Part shown: piece by piece, positions 15,095 to 24,573 of the stretch
Layout of the letters: each line of letters begins with the position of its first letter
Numbering within the stretch: the first letter of the stretch is position 1
NCBI GenBank assembly: GCA_001824275.1
Contig: MHWW01000003.1
Location: 19,325-83,324, forward strand
Source: Candidatus Zambryskibacteria bacterium RIFOXYC1_FULL_39_10
GTDB taxonomy: Bacteria > Patescibacteriota > Minisyncoccia > Phycocordibacterales > WO2-35-19
Direction: 5' to 3'
Length of the DNA: 64,000 nt
The notes under the pieces: model-generated
Told to the model about the DNA's origin: nothing
Seen by the model: only the letters and a program-made list of their open reading frames with translations
Database searches by the model: none
Translations under genes and position numbers: made by a program

Positions 15095-16354
15095 TTACAC
15101 TTCACTAAATCGGAGTGGTTTAACACGATGCAAAGAAACACCGTGCTCTTGATTTTTCTTGGCTTCTTCCAAACGCAAACGCATATCATGCATTACATTC
15201 ATATAAGCGATGAAAGCTTCGTAAGGTGACTCGTATGGAGAAAAATATTTATGGACATCGCCATCATTCCACCACTTAGTACACATATAATAGAAGTGGT
15301 CTGAAGTCTGAAGTTTGCGCCAATCCTCAAGCAAAACCGGATCATCAATATGCACTATTTCACTGCCTAGTGCGTAAACCGTGTCTAGCGCTTCTCTTTG
15401 CAAATCGTTTGATATCCAAGCTGACAGATCTCTCTCGGTATCAGCCCAAGAGACATAATGAGGCACATCAAGTTCGCCCCGAGCATCGTAGCGATCAATT
15501 ATTTCAGACGGAGTCATGAAGTTGTTATCAGGATTTTTGAGTATTTCTTCTGGAAGATAACGCAGAAAATCAAAAATTCCAGTATCTTCCCATTGATGCT
15601 CTCCAAATGTCTCATAATCCATAAAAAGATTTATCGTATCAGCATTACCATTGTGAGATGCCACCCAATTGGCAAACTTTGGGGCAGTGAGTGGGAACTC
15701 CGCCCAATCTCGAGAACTAAAACGAAAGGCGATGTCGTCAGAAAGTCGATAATGCTTCAAAAGCAATTTAATGTTTTCGGTACCTACTGGTTTATAAACA
15801 AATGCTGGGCTTTTCCAACCCAAAATATGATCAGCTCCTTCAGCCAAAATACCTTTATAGCCCATTTTCTCAGCCATCTTAGCTATCTCATTTGAATAGA
15901 TGAGTTCGGTATTGCGAAAGACCGAAGGCGTAACTCCAAAAAGGTCCCGTAATTTTTTGCGATGCAGAATTACTTGGTTTATAAATTCTTCTTCAGAATA
16001 TATTGAGGCTAGAGAGTGATAATAAGTTTCTGAAAGCAATTCGATGTTGCCAGTATCAACCAAGGCTTTAAACGAATCTATCACTTCCGGAGCAAATTTC
16101 TCAAATTGTTCTAATGCTACACCAGAAATACTGAAACTTGCTTTAAAATCCGGATTATTTTTTATATTTTGAAGGAGAACTTGGTTGGCAGGCAAATAAC
16201 ATTTGCGAGCTACTTTTTCAACAATGGCTTTGTTGTCCAAACTAGTACCACTTTCATCGTTAAAATAAGAACTGTTTTGTCCAACATCAAAGACTCTGTA
16301 CTTTCGCACTCTCAAAGGCTGGTGGACTTGGAAATAAAAACATACTGAAGGCAT
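15095..16354 (-). CDS. glycoside hydrolase family 57 (alpha-amylase/alpha-glucanotransferase-like)
   Basis: N-terminus CFYFQVHQPLR is the hallmark of GH57. It overlaps the upstream GT ORF by 68 nt, so the start or frame is uncertain. Confidence 0.75.
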   Translation of the reverse strand: MPSVCFYFQVHQPLRVRKYRVFDVGQNSSYFNDESGTSLDNKAIVEKVARKCYLPANQVLLQNIKNNPDFKASFSISGVALEQFEKFAPEVIDSFKALVDTGNIELLSETYYHSLASIYSEEEFINQVILHRKKLRDLFGVTPSVFRNTELIYSNEIAKMAEKMGYKGILAEGADHILGWKSPAFVYKPVGTENIKLLLKHYRLSDDIAFRFSSRDWAEFPLTAPKFANWVASHNGNADTINLFMDYETFGEHQWEDTGIFDFLRYLPEEILKNPDNNFMTPSEIIDRYDARGELDVPHYVSWADTERDLSAWISNDLQREALDTVYALGSEIVHIDDPVLLEDWRKLQTSDHFYYMCTKWWNDGDVHKYFSPYESPYEAFIAYMNVMHDMRLRLEEAKKNQEHGVSLHRVKPLRFSEV

Positions 16355-17597
16355 TGTCTAAAGAATTATATAATGAAATTAAAGATTCTGCCGCCTTTTT
16401 CCAGTGGATAGTCTTCACTTCTTCTCTTCCGCTAACTGAAAGATGATTCCCCAACTTTTTGTGACGCAAAACCGAGATCACTTTGTCGGCCATATCATCG
16501 GTATCCCAAAAATGTGATTTAAGAGCCGCAGAAATAACTTCACTCACTCCAGATTCTTTGGAGACCAAGACTGGCACTTCTGATATCATAGCCTCCAGCG
16601 GTACCAAACCAAAGGGCTCCGAAACAGACGGCATAACGAAAATATCAGCGGCTTTATATACTTGATTTAACTCTTCTCCTCGGAGGAATCCACAGAAAAT
16701 AAATTTGGAAGAGAGGCCGCGATTTGCCACCATCCTAATCATTTCTCCTTCCATATCGCCACTACCAGAGACTACAAAAAATGTTTTCGGTGCGTGCGCA
16801 AGCACCTTTTCAGCCATTGCTACGAAATAGTCTGGCCCTTTTTGCATTGTGATTCGACCGACAAACAAAACTATCGCGTTACCGTATTTTTTTAAATTAT
16901 TTAAATTTCGTTCAACGAGAGAAAAATTATTTTTAAATTCAATTCCGTTGTGAACTACTTTAACTTTTTCTGGAGCAATACCGTATTTACTTACAACTTT
17001 CCGCTTAGTATGCTCAGAAACAGCTACAATTGCATCAGCCTCATTAAAACCTCTGAGTTCAATATTGAAAATATCTTTGTTAACATTATCGCCACTTCTA
17101 TCAAATTCGGTAGCATGAATATGCACCACGAGTGGTTTACCCGTAGCTTTTTTGGCTTCAATCCCTGCCGGGTAAGTGAGCCAGTCATGAGCGTGAATGA
17201 CGGAGTGTTTATTTTTTTTAGCAATTGCTCCAGCCTTAAGAGCGTAAGCCCTCACCCTCTCTATCAAATCTCCAGAGATGGCTTCGGGCAAACCGTTATC
17301 TTGAATTTTACAATTTTGCACATTAATCGAATGACTGTTATAGCCCGAAAATAGCCCCTTTATCTGGCTCTCAATCAATACATCAGTAGATTCATTAGCA
17401 AAAACAAATTTACACCATGGTGCCGAAACCGGAATTTTAAATGGCAAAACGAAAGTCAAATCAACCCCACTTGATGCCAGAGCTTTAGATAAACCTTCGC
17501 AAGCAACACCCAATCCCCCACTATTAAATGGAGGAAACTCCCATCCGAACATTAGAACACTTGGTGATTTTGCACTAGTCACTTTTTTATCCGTCAA
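16287..17597 (-). CDS. glycogen(alpha-glucan) synthase-like glycosyltransferase (GT4/GT5, GT-B fold)
   Basis: MFGWEFPPFNSGGLGVAC N-terminus and a C-terminal Glycos_transf_1-like region. It sits next to GH57 and GH15. Confidence 0.7.
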   Translation of the reverse strand: MTDKKVTSAKSPSVLMFGWEFPPFNSGGLGVACEGLSKALASSGVDLTFVLPFKIPVSAPWCKFVFANESTDVLIESQIKGLFSGYNSHSINVQNCKIQDNGLPEAISGDLIERVRAYALKAGAIAKKNKHSVIHAHDWLTYPAGIEAKKATGKPLVVHIHATEFDRSGDNVNKDIFNIELRGFNEADAIVAVSEHTKRKVVSKYGIAPEKVKVVHNGIEFKNNFSLVERNLNNLKKYGNAIVLFVGRITMQKGPDYFVAMAEKVLAHAPKTFFVVSGSGDMEGEMIRMVANRGLSSKFIFCGFLRGEELNQVYKAADIFVMPSVSEPFGLVPLEAMISEVPVLVSKESGVSEVISAALKSHFWDTDDMADKVISVLRHKKLGNHLSVSGREEVKTIHWKKAAESLISLYNSLDNAFSMFLFPSPPAFESAKVQSL

Positions 17598-18643
17598 CTT
17601 ACGGACTGATTTTTATTGGACATAACAAAAGGATAAATTTTCATAAGCGCGATAAACGCACTCACCACCACTGGCCCTACCAAAAAACCGATAAGCCCAA
17701 GCACCTCGACTCCTCCAAGTATTGAAAAAAGGACTACCAAAGGGTGCACCTTTATTTTGTCTTTCAAAAAAATAACTGACATGAAATTGTCTACCAAACC
17801 GACAGCCACGGCGGCCCAGACAAGAAGCCCAATGCCTGCCCCAATCTGGTTAGACAGGAAAAGATAAGCGATAGCGGGAACGGTCACCACCGATGTCCCC
17901 AAAATTGGCACCAAGGACGCTACACCACCGACGAAACCCCAAAGCACTGGCGAACCCACGCCAAAAATAACAAAACCAATACCTATGAAAACACCCTGTG
18001 CGATTGAAACCAAAATCCTGCCTTTGAGTACCGCATCTATTGAAGCCTTGAGAGTTTGGATGAAGTCCTCATCATATTTATCTGGCAAAGGGCTCCATAT
18101 TTTGAGGCCAGCTTTTATCTTGTCTCCATAAACAAACAAATAGTGGAGAGAAACGAGCATAAGTATAAAGTTTAAAATGCCTCCAAAAATAGCAGCAGAA
18201 ATAGAACCAAAATTGCCTATTATCCAATCTAAAATGCCTCGAGTGTACGATTCAAAATTAACCTCTGTGTCAATCACTCCCGGAGGAAGCACTGAGCTCA
18301 ATCTATTGAATAACGCATTGGCTTGAGAAATTAAATTTTGAGAATTACCTCCCAGAGCCATCGAATTATACAAATCCACCGCCTCTTTCAGTAGAAGGGT
18401 TGATATTACCGCAATAGGAATAATAACAAAAAACAAAATTATCGAAGTGGTGGTCAAAGCGGCCAAATTCTCTCTGTCACCAAACTTGCGCACCAACCTT
18501 TTGTATAAAGGATAAAAAGAGACCGCAAACACTCCCGCTATGAAAATCACTCCGAAATACGGTTTGAGTATAAAAAATAAAAGCACCAAAAGTAGAATGG
18601 TGAGTACCACGAAAAATGTCAGTTGTGTTGTTTTCTGAGACAT
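17594..18643 (-). CDS. AI-2E family transporter (PerM/UPF0118)
   Basis: 8-TM profile with a conserved AI-2E-like core. Confidence 0.65.
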   Translation of the reverse strand: MSQKTTQLTFFVVLTILLLVLLFFILKPYFGVIFIAGVFAVSFYPLYKRLVRKFGDRENLAALTTTSIILFFVIIPIAVISTLLLKEAVDLYNSMALGGNSQNLISQANALFNRLSSVLPPGVIDTEVNFESYTRGILDWIIGNFGSISAAIFGGILNFILMLVSLHYLFVYGDKIKAGLKIWSPLPDKYDEDFIQTLKASIDAVLKGRILVSIAQGVFIGIGFVIFGVGSPVLWGFVGGVASLVPILGTSVVTVPAIAYLFLSNQIGAGIGLLVWAAVAVGLVDNFMSVIFLKDKIKVHPLVVLFSILGGVEVLGLIGFLVGPVVVSAFIALMKIYPFVMSNKNQSVS

Positions 18644-18658
18644 AAAGACAGATAGGAT

Positions 18659-19306
18659 TTAATCCTTTAATCTGCTTCTATATTTTAACACAACAAACAC
18701 TGCTAAACCAAGAATAGTGGATAGTAAAATGACTTTTTCTATAGAATTTATAAGGTCAGCGTACTTTCCGTAAACATTTCCTACTTGCCACCCAATTGCA
18801 CCCAAAATAAGCCCTCTAAAAAATGTCCCAATCAGAGTAATGAAAAAGTATTTAACCAAACTCATTTCCATGATTCCACAAAAGGCTGAGATGGCGACCG
18901 AAGGGACGATTGGCAAAATTCTCGCAGAACCTATGAGTATTTCGTCTTTTTTTGTTCCGCTCAATTTATTTTGCAATTTTTCTATATCACTAGAGTAAAG
19001 GCCGATATACCTACCCCATTTTTCTATAGTGAATTTACCACCATAACGAGCAATAAAATAAATAAAATATGAACCAACTGTCACACCAAGGGCCGCGGGT
19101 ATTGCTACTTTGAAAATAAGAGCCAAAATGGCTTTAATTGAAACCGGTCCGGTGACAAAAATAAAACCAGACATTGTCATAATGAGAGCAGACGGAATAG
19201 GAGCAACCACTTCTTCCAAAACCGATGCTACGAAAACGCCGAGTGCCCCCCACGGCAAAATACTTACTTGCAAAAAATGTATTAATCCCTCAATCATACT
19301 TAACAA
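18659..19306 (-). CDS. DedA/VTT-domain membrane protein
   Basis: GVFVASVLEEVVAPIPSALIMTMSGF matches the DedA motif. Confidence 0.55.
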   Translation of the reverse strand: MLSMIEGLIHFLQVSILPWGALGVFVASVLEEVVAPIPSALIMTMSGFIFVTGPVSIKAILALIFKVAIPAALGVTVGSYFIYFIARYGGKFTIEKWGRYIGLYSSDIEKLQNKLSGTKKDEILIGSARILPIVPSVAISAFCGIMEMSLVKYFFITLIGTFFRGLILGAIGWQVGNVYGKYADLINSIEKVILLSTILGLAVFVVLKYRSRLKD

Positions 19307-19336
19307 GTCTAATCAAAATTATGCCAAAAAGAAAGC
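19305..19336. repeat. 32-bp element aagtctaatcaaaattatgCcaaaaagaaagc upstream of the DedA gene, copy 1
   Basis: 31/32 identical to 20673-20704. It contains a CATAAT -10-like hexamer on the minus strand. Confidence 0.6.
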
Positions 19337-19346
19337 GACGCTGAAC

Positions 19347-19862
19347 CTAATCAACGTCGCCCAGTTTTTCCACTATCCTTATTTCTGAAGGTTTAGCGAG
19401 ATGATTTTGATCCATGATGTACCAAACATCTCCTTCAATCTTCTCGCCACCCAAAACAAGAGGAAGCCAATCTATGTCTGACGCCATCATTTCTTCAAAT
19501 GGCAGCCCATTAATTGACCAAAAAGTTGGCTCTATCATTTCTGGATTTGGTTTAATTTCACCTGACCATTTCCAGAGTAGGAACATGTGTACCTCCACAT
19601 CAAACTTTCTACCATCTGCTTTTTGATTGTGGAAAGTGACCTTGCCAGAGTATTCCAAATCCTCTTTCTGTGCCGAAAGCCCTGATTCTTGGAGAAGCTC
19701 TCTTGTCGCCGCTTCCCGTATGGTTTCGCCCTCTTCTTGGCTTCCACCCCACCCATTCCATTTGCCAATCCCAATCTTTCGAGTTTTTTTGGCAAGCAAA
19801 ACCTTGCCCTCCTTTATAGGAAAGACCAGTGTTGCCACCATTTTTTTCCTTCTTAAGTCCAT
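19347..19862 (-). CDS. NUDIX hydrolase (MutT-like)
   Basis: Nudix box GKWNGWGGSQEEGETIREAATRELLQESGL. Confidence 0.8.
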   Translation of the reverse strand: MDLRRKKMVATLVFPIKEGKVLLAKKTRKIGIGKWNGWGGSQEEGETIREAATRELLQESGLSAQKEDLEYSGKVTFHNQKADGRKFDVEVHMFLLWKWSGEIKPNPEMIEPTFWSINGLPFEEMMASDIDWLPLVLGGEKIEGDVWYIMDQNHLAKPSEIRIVEKLGDVD

Positions 19863-19928
19863 AATTACTCTCCCGCTCTGATAATACCCCCACTCACCCC
19901 AAAAATAAAGCTCAATTTTATCTTAATA

Positions 19929-20267
19929 TTAAAGACTATTAATCACTCTCAAAGCAAAGGGGTTAAAATATGAAGATATTTGATTGCGGCTTATTGAATA
20001 TTCCATTTTTTCAAGAATAAGTTCATCAAAAAATTTTTGCAAAATATCCATCTCTGCGTTTGCACTTTCATTATTAAAACTTTTAATTTTATCAATTATT
20101 AAAGTTGCTCTTTTATAGGCGTTTTGCATTGTCTCTTTGTCCCCTTTTTCCTTCCAACTAAAAATTCTCTGGACTTCACTACCCAAATTTGCCATATAAA
20201 AACAAACTATTTTGAATTGTTCTTGTTCTTTTTTAGTTATTTTATTTTTTATTATTTTCCGTGGCAT
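19929..20267 (-). CDS. hypothetical protein
   Basis: ORF only; no recognisable motif. Confidence 0.35.
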   Translation of the reverse strand: MPRKIIKNKITKKEQEQFKIVCFYMANLGSEVQRIFSWKEKGDKETMQNAYKRATLIIDKIKSFNNESANAEMDILQKFFDELILEKMEYSISRNQISSYFNPFALRVINSL

Positions 20268-20292
20268 TTTCGTGCTTTTATTAAAATTTCAA

Positions 20293-20646
20293 TCATTTAT
20301 TTTCTGCATTTTTTTCTTTATCAAAAATCATTAATAGACTGGCCACCTGTCTGCGGTCATTTTCGGTCCCGCTGGTATATCTGTTTAATCCATCACTACC
20401 CAAATCTATATAGGGACTAAGATATGTTTTCAGTTTTTCTTCATTCTCTACTATGATTTCTCTTACTTCTTTATCATATTCAGCAGCCTTATCTAATTGG
20501 CCATCATGAACATAGGCAAAAGCATTTCTACGTGCAGTGGCACATCTAGAAACTATATCCTGTACTTCAGGATCTTCTAAAAAATTTGGGATTAATGGTT
20601 CTGGAACTTGTTCCGATTTGGGTTTATTAAAAAATTTTTCAAACAT
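20293..20646 (-). CDS. hypothetical protein
   Basis: ORF only; acidic, helical-looking. Confidence 0.35.
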   Translation of the reverse strand: MFEKFFNKPKSEQVPEPLIPNFLEDPEVQDIVSRCATARRNAFAYVHDGQLDKAAEYDKEVREIIVENEEKLKTYLSPYIDLGSDGLNRYTSGTENDRRQVASLLMIFDKEKNAENK

Positions 20647-20672
20647 AAATTTATTTAATTATTGTTATAAAT

Positions 20673-20704
20673 TAAGTCTAATCAAAATTATGTCAAAAAG
20701 AAAG
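20673..20704. repeat. 32-bp element, copy 2, upstream of hypothetical gene 20293-20646
   Basis: See 19305-19336. Confidence 0.6.
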
Positions 20705-20726
20705 CCCAAATTACACCACACCCCCA

Positions 20727-20749
20727 CGTGTCAAAGACCGTCTTTGACA
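20727..20749. promoter_or_regulatory. perfect 11+1+11 palindrome GTGTCAAAGAC-c-GTCTTTGACAC; candidate operator
   Basis: Read directly from the sequence. Confidence 0.4.
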
Positions 20750-20770
20750 CTTTACTTTTTCAAGATTTGT

Positions 20771-20950
20771 TTTATACAGATTTCCGCGGTCGCGGATTTT
20801 TGTATAATTGTTCACTGCCGCACCAAGGACAAAACCATTTCGTTTTTTGGACAAGAGCACCACTGACTGTCCACCACTTTTTACATTCCAAACAAGAAAA
20901 ATGATGCAATTTTTCCACTACTCTTTGAGTTTTATTATTCTTACTTCCCA
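20771..20950 (-). CDS. small (59 aa) CxxC...CxxC zinc-ribbon protein, below the ORF-track cutoff; possibly ribosomal protein L33-like
   Basis: MGSKNNKTQRVVEKLHHFSCLECKKWWTVSGALVQKTKWFCPWCGSEQLYKNPRPRKSV. The C.EC...K.K...CPWC pattern is reminiscent of Cys-containing L33 but lacks the conserved KNKRN block. Confidence 0.3.
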
Positions 20951-20969
20951 TGACACTTTTTGATAATTA

Positions 20970-21425
20970 TCAATACAGTTCTTTGAGTTCTAAAATATTA
21001 TTTATTGTAACTGACGGCATACCTGTTTCTGAATTTGGTAAGTCATTCTCAAACTCTCCATTCTTGAGCCAAACTGTCGTTGCGCCTTTAGAATTGCCCC
21101 ATTTTATACCGTACACAACTTGATTATCCACCACCACAACTTCTTCTGGTCTTACCTCAAAATCGACTAAAACTTTCTCGTACATTTGATCTTTTCCCTT
21201 ATCCCCCACAATAATTTGAGTGAAAAACTTTGCTATTTCACTGTTTTGTATTTTTACACTTCTTATTTGACTAGATTCACTTACAGCAAGTGACACCAAA
21301 ACTAATTTATAACGTTTTGATAAGTAAGAGAGAACCTCGTGGACATTTTTAAATATAATGTCAGTTTTTAAATCACAAAGTGTTCCTCCCCAATCAAAGA
21401 TAAAGAGTTTTATTTTATTTTCCAT
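20970..21425 (-). CDS. HAD-superfamily hydrolase (probable start MENKIKL; the ORF track extends to 21530)
   Basis: Motif I FIFDWGGTL and a motif IV-like VVVVDN. Confidence 0.6.
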   Translation of the reverse strand: MENKIKLFIFDWGGTLCDLKTDIIFKNVHEVLSYLSKRYKLVLVSLAVSESSQIRSVKIQNSEIAKFFTQIIVGDKGKDQMYEKVLVDFEVRPEEVVVVDNQVVYGIKWGNSKGATTVWLKNGEFENDLPNSETGMPSVTINNILELKELY

Positions 21426-23937
21426 GACAATTTTTATATTTAACAGGAGTTCCGTCTGACTTTTTAGCCCCACAAGGACATGGATCATTTCTGCCAATAT
21501 CCTTATGTTGAGAAGAAGTACTTGAAACATTTGCCGTATCAGTCACACTGGTTATTTTAAGCGCTTGGTTTTCTATTTCTTTTTGCGCCGAGAGATTTAC
21601 CGTTGATTCATCGACTTTAGTGATAGTGCCCAAAATAGAGTTTTCTATCGATTCCTCCATTTCTTTGAACAATTTCAGGCCCTCTTTTTTATATTCAACG
21701 AGTGGGTCTCTTTGACCATACGCTCTGAGATTCACAGAGCCTCGCAAATAATCCATCATTTCCAAATGATCAACCCAAAACATATCAAAAGTTTGTAAAC
21801 ATAATTCTCTGAATGCTTTGATGAAATTCTCTTCCCCCAAATCTGCTCTTTTTTTGGCCACCGCTTCCTGTATTTCCAGCAAAGCGTTTTCAAGTATTTT
21901 GGCTAAATAATTCAAAACCGCATCGGTGTCCCCAACCAAAACATTTCTTCTTCTTTCATAAAAAGTTTTTCTTTGGAAATTCAAAACATCATCATATTCA
22001 AGAATATGTTTACGAGCATCAAAATTTAAGCCTTCTATTTTTTCTTGAGCGTTTTCAAGTGAGCGGGTGATGAGTTTGTTTTGGATAGCCTCATCCTCAG
22101 GTATACCGAGCCGCCCCATCATATTTTTGACTGTGTCCGCCGCAAAAACTCTCATTATATGATCCTCCATCGAAACGAAAAATTGAGTCTCTCCAGAGTC
22201 TCCTTGCCTACCCGATCTGCCACGAAGCTGATTATCAATACGCCTTGCATCATGCCTTTCAGTACCTAAGACAAAAAGCCCGCCCACACTTTTAATTTTT
22301 TCATAAGCGTCCTTCTGGAAGGGTGCTCCCCCAAGCTTGATATCAACTCCGCGACCGGCCATGTTGGTCGCGACGGTGACCGCGCCCTCCCGGCCCGCTT
22401 GGGCCACTATTTCTCCTTCTCTCTCATGATTTTTGGCATTAAGCATTTCAAAAGAAACTCCTTCTCTTTTTAAATATTCAGAGAGTAGTTCATTTTTTTC
22501 AATCGAAATAGTACCAATGAGGACTGGTTGCCCCTTCTTTTGCAGTTCTTTAACTTTCCTCGCAATAGCCAAAAGTTTGCCGTTTTCAGTTTGGAAAATT
22601 AAGTCATCCCTATCTACGCGACCCGAGGGCTTGTTGGTAGGGATAGCAACAGTGTTGAGACCATAAACTTTATAAAACTCTTCACTAGATGTCGTAGCGG
22701 TACCTGTCATACCCGAAAGTTTGTCATACATTCTAAAATAATTTTGATATGTGATTGATGCGAAAGTCCGACTCTCTTTTTGAACTGAGACACCCTCTTT
22801 CGCTTCAATTGCCTGATGCAGGCCTTCTGACCACCTTCGGCCGGGCTGCATTCTGCCCGTGTAAGGGTCTACAATAATTATCTCATCTTCTTTAACCACA
22901 TAATCTTTATCTTTATGATAAAGCGCCTTGGCCTTTACCGCAGTTTCCAAATGGTGCACCATCTTTATTCCACCTTCAGTACTTCCAGTACCTCCGGCAC
23001 TTACAGTACCTCCGGCATAAATATTTTCTAGGCCTAAAATTTCCTCGGCCTTAGTAATACCTTCATCGTTTAAAAGAACCGAATGAAGTTTTTCATCAAT
23101 AGTATAGTGTTCATTTTCCTTGAGCTTTTGAGCCACGGTGGCAAATTTTTTGTATAAAATATCAGAGTCAGCCGCTGGCGCCGAAATTATAAGCGGAGTC
23201 CTCGCTTCATCGATAAGTATTGAGTCAATCTCGTCCACCACCGCAAAATGGTGTCTTTTTTGTCTGACACTTTCAAACTTATATTCCAAATTGTCTCGCA
23301 AATAATCAAAACCAAATTCGCTATTCGTTCCATAAGTGATATCGGCCTCATAAGCTTCTACCCGACTACAAGGTCTTAAAAATTCATTCAAGACTTTGAA
23401 AGATCCTTTTTCATCTCTCTCTTTGTCCTTATCAGAATGACTTGGGTCATATATAAAAGAGGAATCGTGTGCAATAACCGCCACAGTCAAACCGAGCGCT
23501 GAATAAACTTGACCCATCCAAACCGCATCTCTGCGAGAAAGATAGTCGTTGACTGTCACCACATGTACTCCTTTGTCCATCAAAGCATTCAAATATACGG
23601 GCAATGTCGCTACCAAAGTTTTTCCTTCTCCGGTTCGCATTTCGGCGATACCACCTTGATGCATCACGATGCCCCCCAAAAGTTGCACATCAAAATGCCG
23701 TTCACTCAAAGTTCTTTTAGCCACTTCCCTCACTGTTGCAAAAGCTTCTGGCAAAATATCGTCCAGTTTTTCCCCTTTTTTTATTCTTTCTTTAAATTCT
23801 AAAGTTTTATTTTTAAGAGCCTCGTCGGAAAGACTCGAAATAACTTCTTCAAAACTATTAACTTTGCCAACCAAAGGCATTATATCCTTAATATAACGAC
23901 TACTTTGATCTCCAAATATTTTGTTCAAAAATGACAT
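21415..23937 (-). CDS. secA: preprotein translocase ATPase SecA
   Basis: 840 aa with DEAD-motor motifs, and a C-terminal Zn-binding tail DPCPCGAKKSDGTPVKYKNCHGK. Confidence 0.95.
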   Translation of the reverse strand: MSFLNKIFGDQSSRYIKDIMPLVGKVNSFEEVISSLSDEALKNKTLEFKERIKKGEKLDDILPEAFATVREVAKRTLSERHFDVQLLGGIVMHQGGIAEMRTGEGKTLVATLPVYLNALMDKGVHVVTVNDYLSRRDAVWMGQVYSALGLTVAVIAHDSSFIYDPSHSDKDKERDEKGSFKVLNEFLRPCSRVEAYEADITYGTNSEFGFDYLRDNLEYKFESVRQKRHHFAVVDEIDSILIDEARTPLIISAPAADSDILYKKFATVAQKLKENEHYTIDEKLHSVLLNDEGITKAEEILGLENIYAGGTVSAGGTGSTEGGIKMVHHLETAVKAKALYHKDKDYVVKEDEIIIVDPYTGRMQPGRRWSEGLHQAIEAKEGVSVQKESRTFASITYQNYFRMYDKLSGMTGTATTSSEEFYKVYGLNTVAIPTNKPSGRVDRDDLIFQTENGKLLAIARKVKELQKKGQPVLIGTISIEKNELLSEYLKREGVSFEMLNAKNHEREGEIVAQAGREGAVTVATNMAGRGVDIKLGGAPFQKDAYEKIKSVGGLFVLGTERHDARRIDNQLRGRSGRQGDSGETQFFVSMEDHIMRVFAADTVKNMMGRLGIPEDEAIQNKLITRSLENAQEKIEGLNFDARKHILEYDDVLNFQRKTFYERRRNVLVGDTDAVLNYLAKILENALLEIQEAVAKKRADLGEENFIKAFRELCLQTFDMFWVDHLEMMDYLRGSVNLRAYGQRDPLVEYKKEGLKLFKEMEESIENSILGTITKVDESTVNLSAQKEIENQALKITSVTDTANVSSTSSQHKDIGRNDPCPCGAKKSDGTPVKYKNCHGK

Positions 23938-24251
23938 AACGGGCTTATACTAACATATTTTTCGACTTTTTTCTAAACAAAAATCCCGCTTGAGAGCGGA
24001 ATCTTTGTTAAGTGGGAAAAGTGCGATTAAGCTCTTTTCTTCTTTGTAGCAACTTTCTTCTTTGCTACTTTTTTCTTCTTTGCTGGCATTTTATTTTATT
24101 CCTTTCCTTTGTTAAAACTAGGGATTGGAATGAGATTATTTTTAAGCGCGCTTGTTCCGATGAAAATTTTTTTAAAATTTTTTCGGAGCGATCGACCTGT
24201 ATTAATTATCGCTCTAAAAAATATTTAAGTAAATATTTTTTTCATCAAATG

Positions 24252-24260
24252 TGTGGATAA
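24252..24260 (-). promoter_or_regulatory. perfect DnaA-box 9-mer (minus-strand context AGTTATCCACA) in the secA-upstream intergenic region
   Basis: tgtggataa on the plus strand. AT-rich ~30-bp direct repeats follow at 24281-24400. Confidence 0.5.
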
Positions 24261-24401
24261 CTGAAAAAACTTTTTTTGAAAAGTTTTTTAATTTTTAATT
24301 TACAATTTTTAATTTTTAATAAATGTCTAAATTTTAAATTAGGAAATTGAAACATTGAAAATTATTTGAAAATTTTAAATTAGAAATTGAAAATTAAAAA
24401 A

Positions 24402-24425
24402 TTCCGACATGTCGGAATTTTTTAT
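24402..24425. terminator. bidirectional rho-independent terminator: A-run, TTCCGACATGTCGGAA, T6
   Basis: A palindromic GC-containing stem flanked by A- and T-runs, downstream of the minus-strand gene 24709-26928. Confidence 0.55.
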
Positions 24426-24433
24426 GCGTTGTC

Positions 24434-24496
24434 GCGCGACCGGCGGAAGCTATCTCCAAAACAAATGTCTATGTGAGTGCGAACCGCCGGTCACGC
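24434..24496. other. GC-rich long hairpin (13-bp stem GCGCGACCGGCGG / CCGCCGGTCACGC with one mismatch, 37-nt loop) in AT-rich intergenic DNA; candidate structured RNA or regulatory element
   Basis: Its composition contrasts sharply with the flanks. It has no tRNA-like cloverleaf. Confidence 0.3.
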
Positions 24497-24537
24497 CGCA
24501 ACACATATTAATAATATATCATTTCGATAATTTTATC

Positions 24538-24573
24538 TAACCTCCCCTTTCCCCTCCTTACATTAAGGAGGGG
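24538..24573. repeat. C-rich REP-like hairpin element (c): aacctcccctttc CCCCTCCTTA cat TAAGGAGGGG
   Basis: Perfect 10-bp inverted repeat with a 3-nt loop in an intergenic region. Confidence 0.5.

Noticed and set aside
20783-20801. Hairpin TCCGCGGTCGCGGA plus T5 considered as a terminator
   Set aside because: It lies inside the candidate small zinc-ribbon ORF and has no upstream plus-strand gene to terminate. Function is unclear.
20537-20866. Plus-strand 109-aa ORF overlapping the 3' end of gene 20293-20646 and the small zinc-ribbon ORF
   Set aside because: It overlaps two better-supported minus-strand ORFs and contains the operator-like palindrome. It is likely non-coding.
24426-24500. GC-rich ~70-nt element examined as a possible tRNA
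   Set aside because: It folds as one long stem with a 37-nt loop. It has no acceptor/D/anticodon/T-arm arrangement and no GTTC-like T-loop, so it is not a tRNA.
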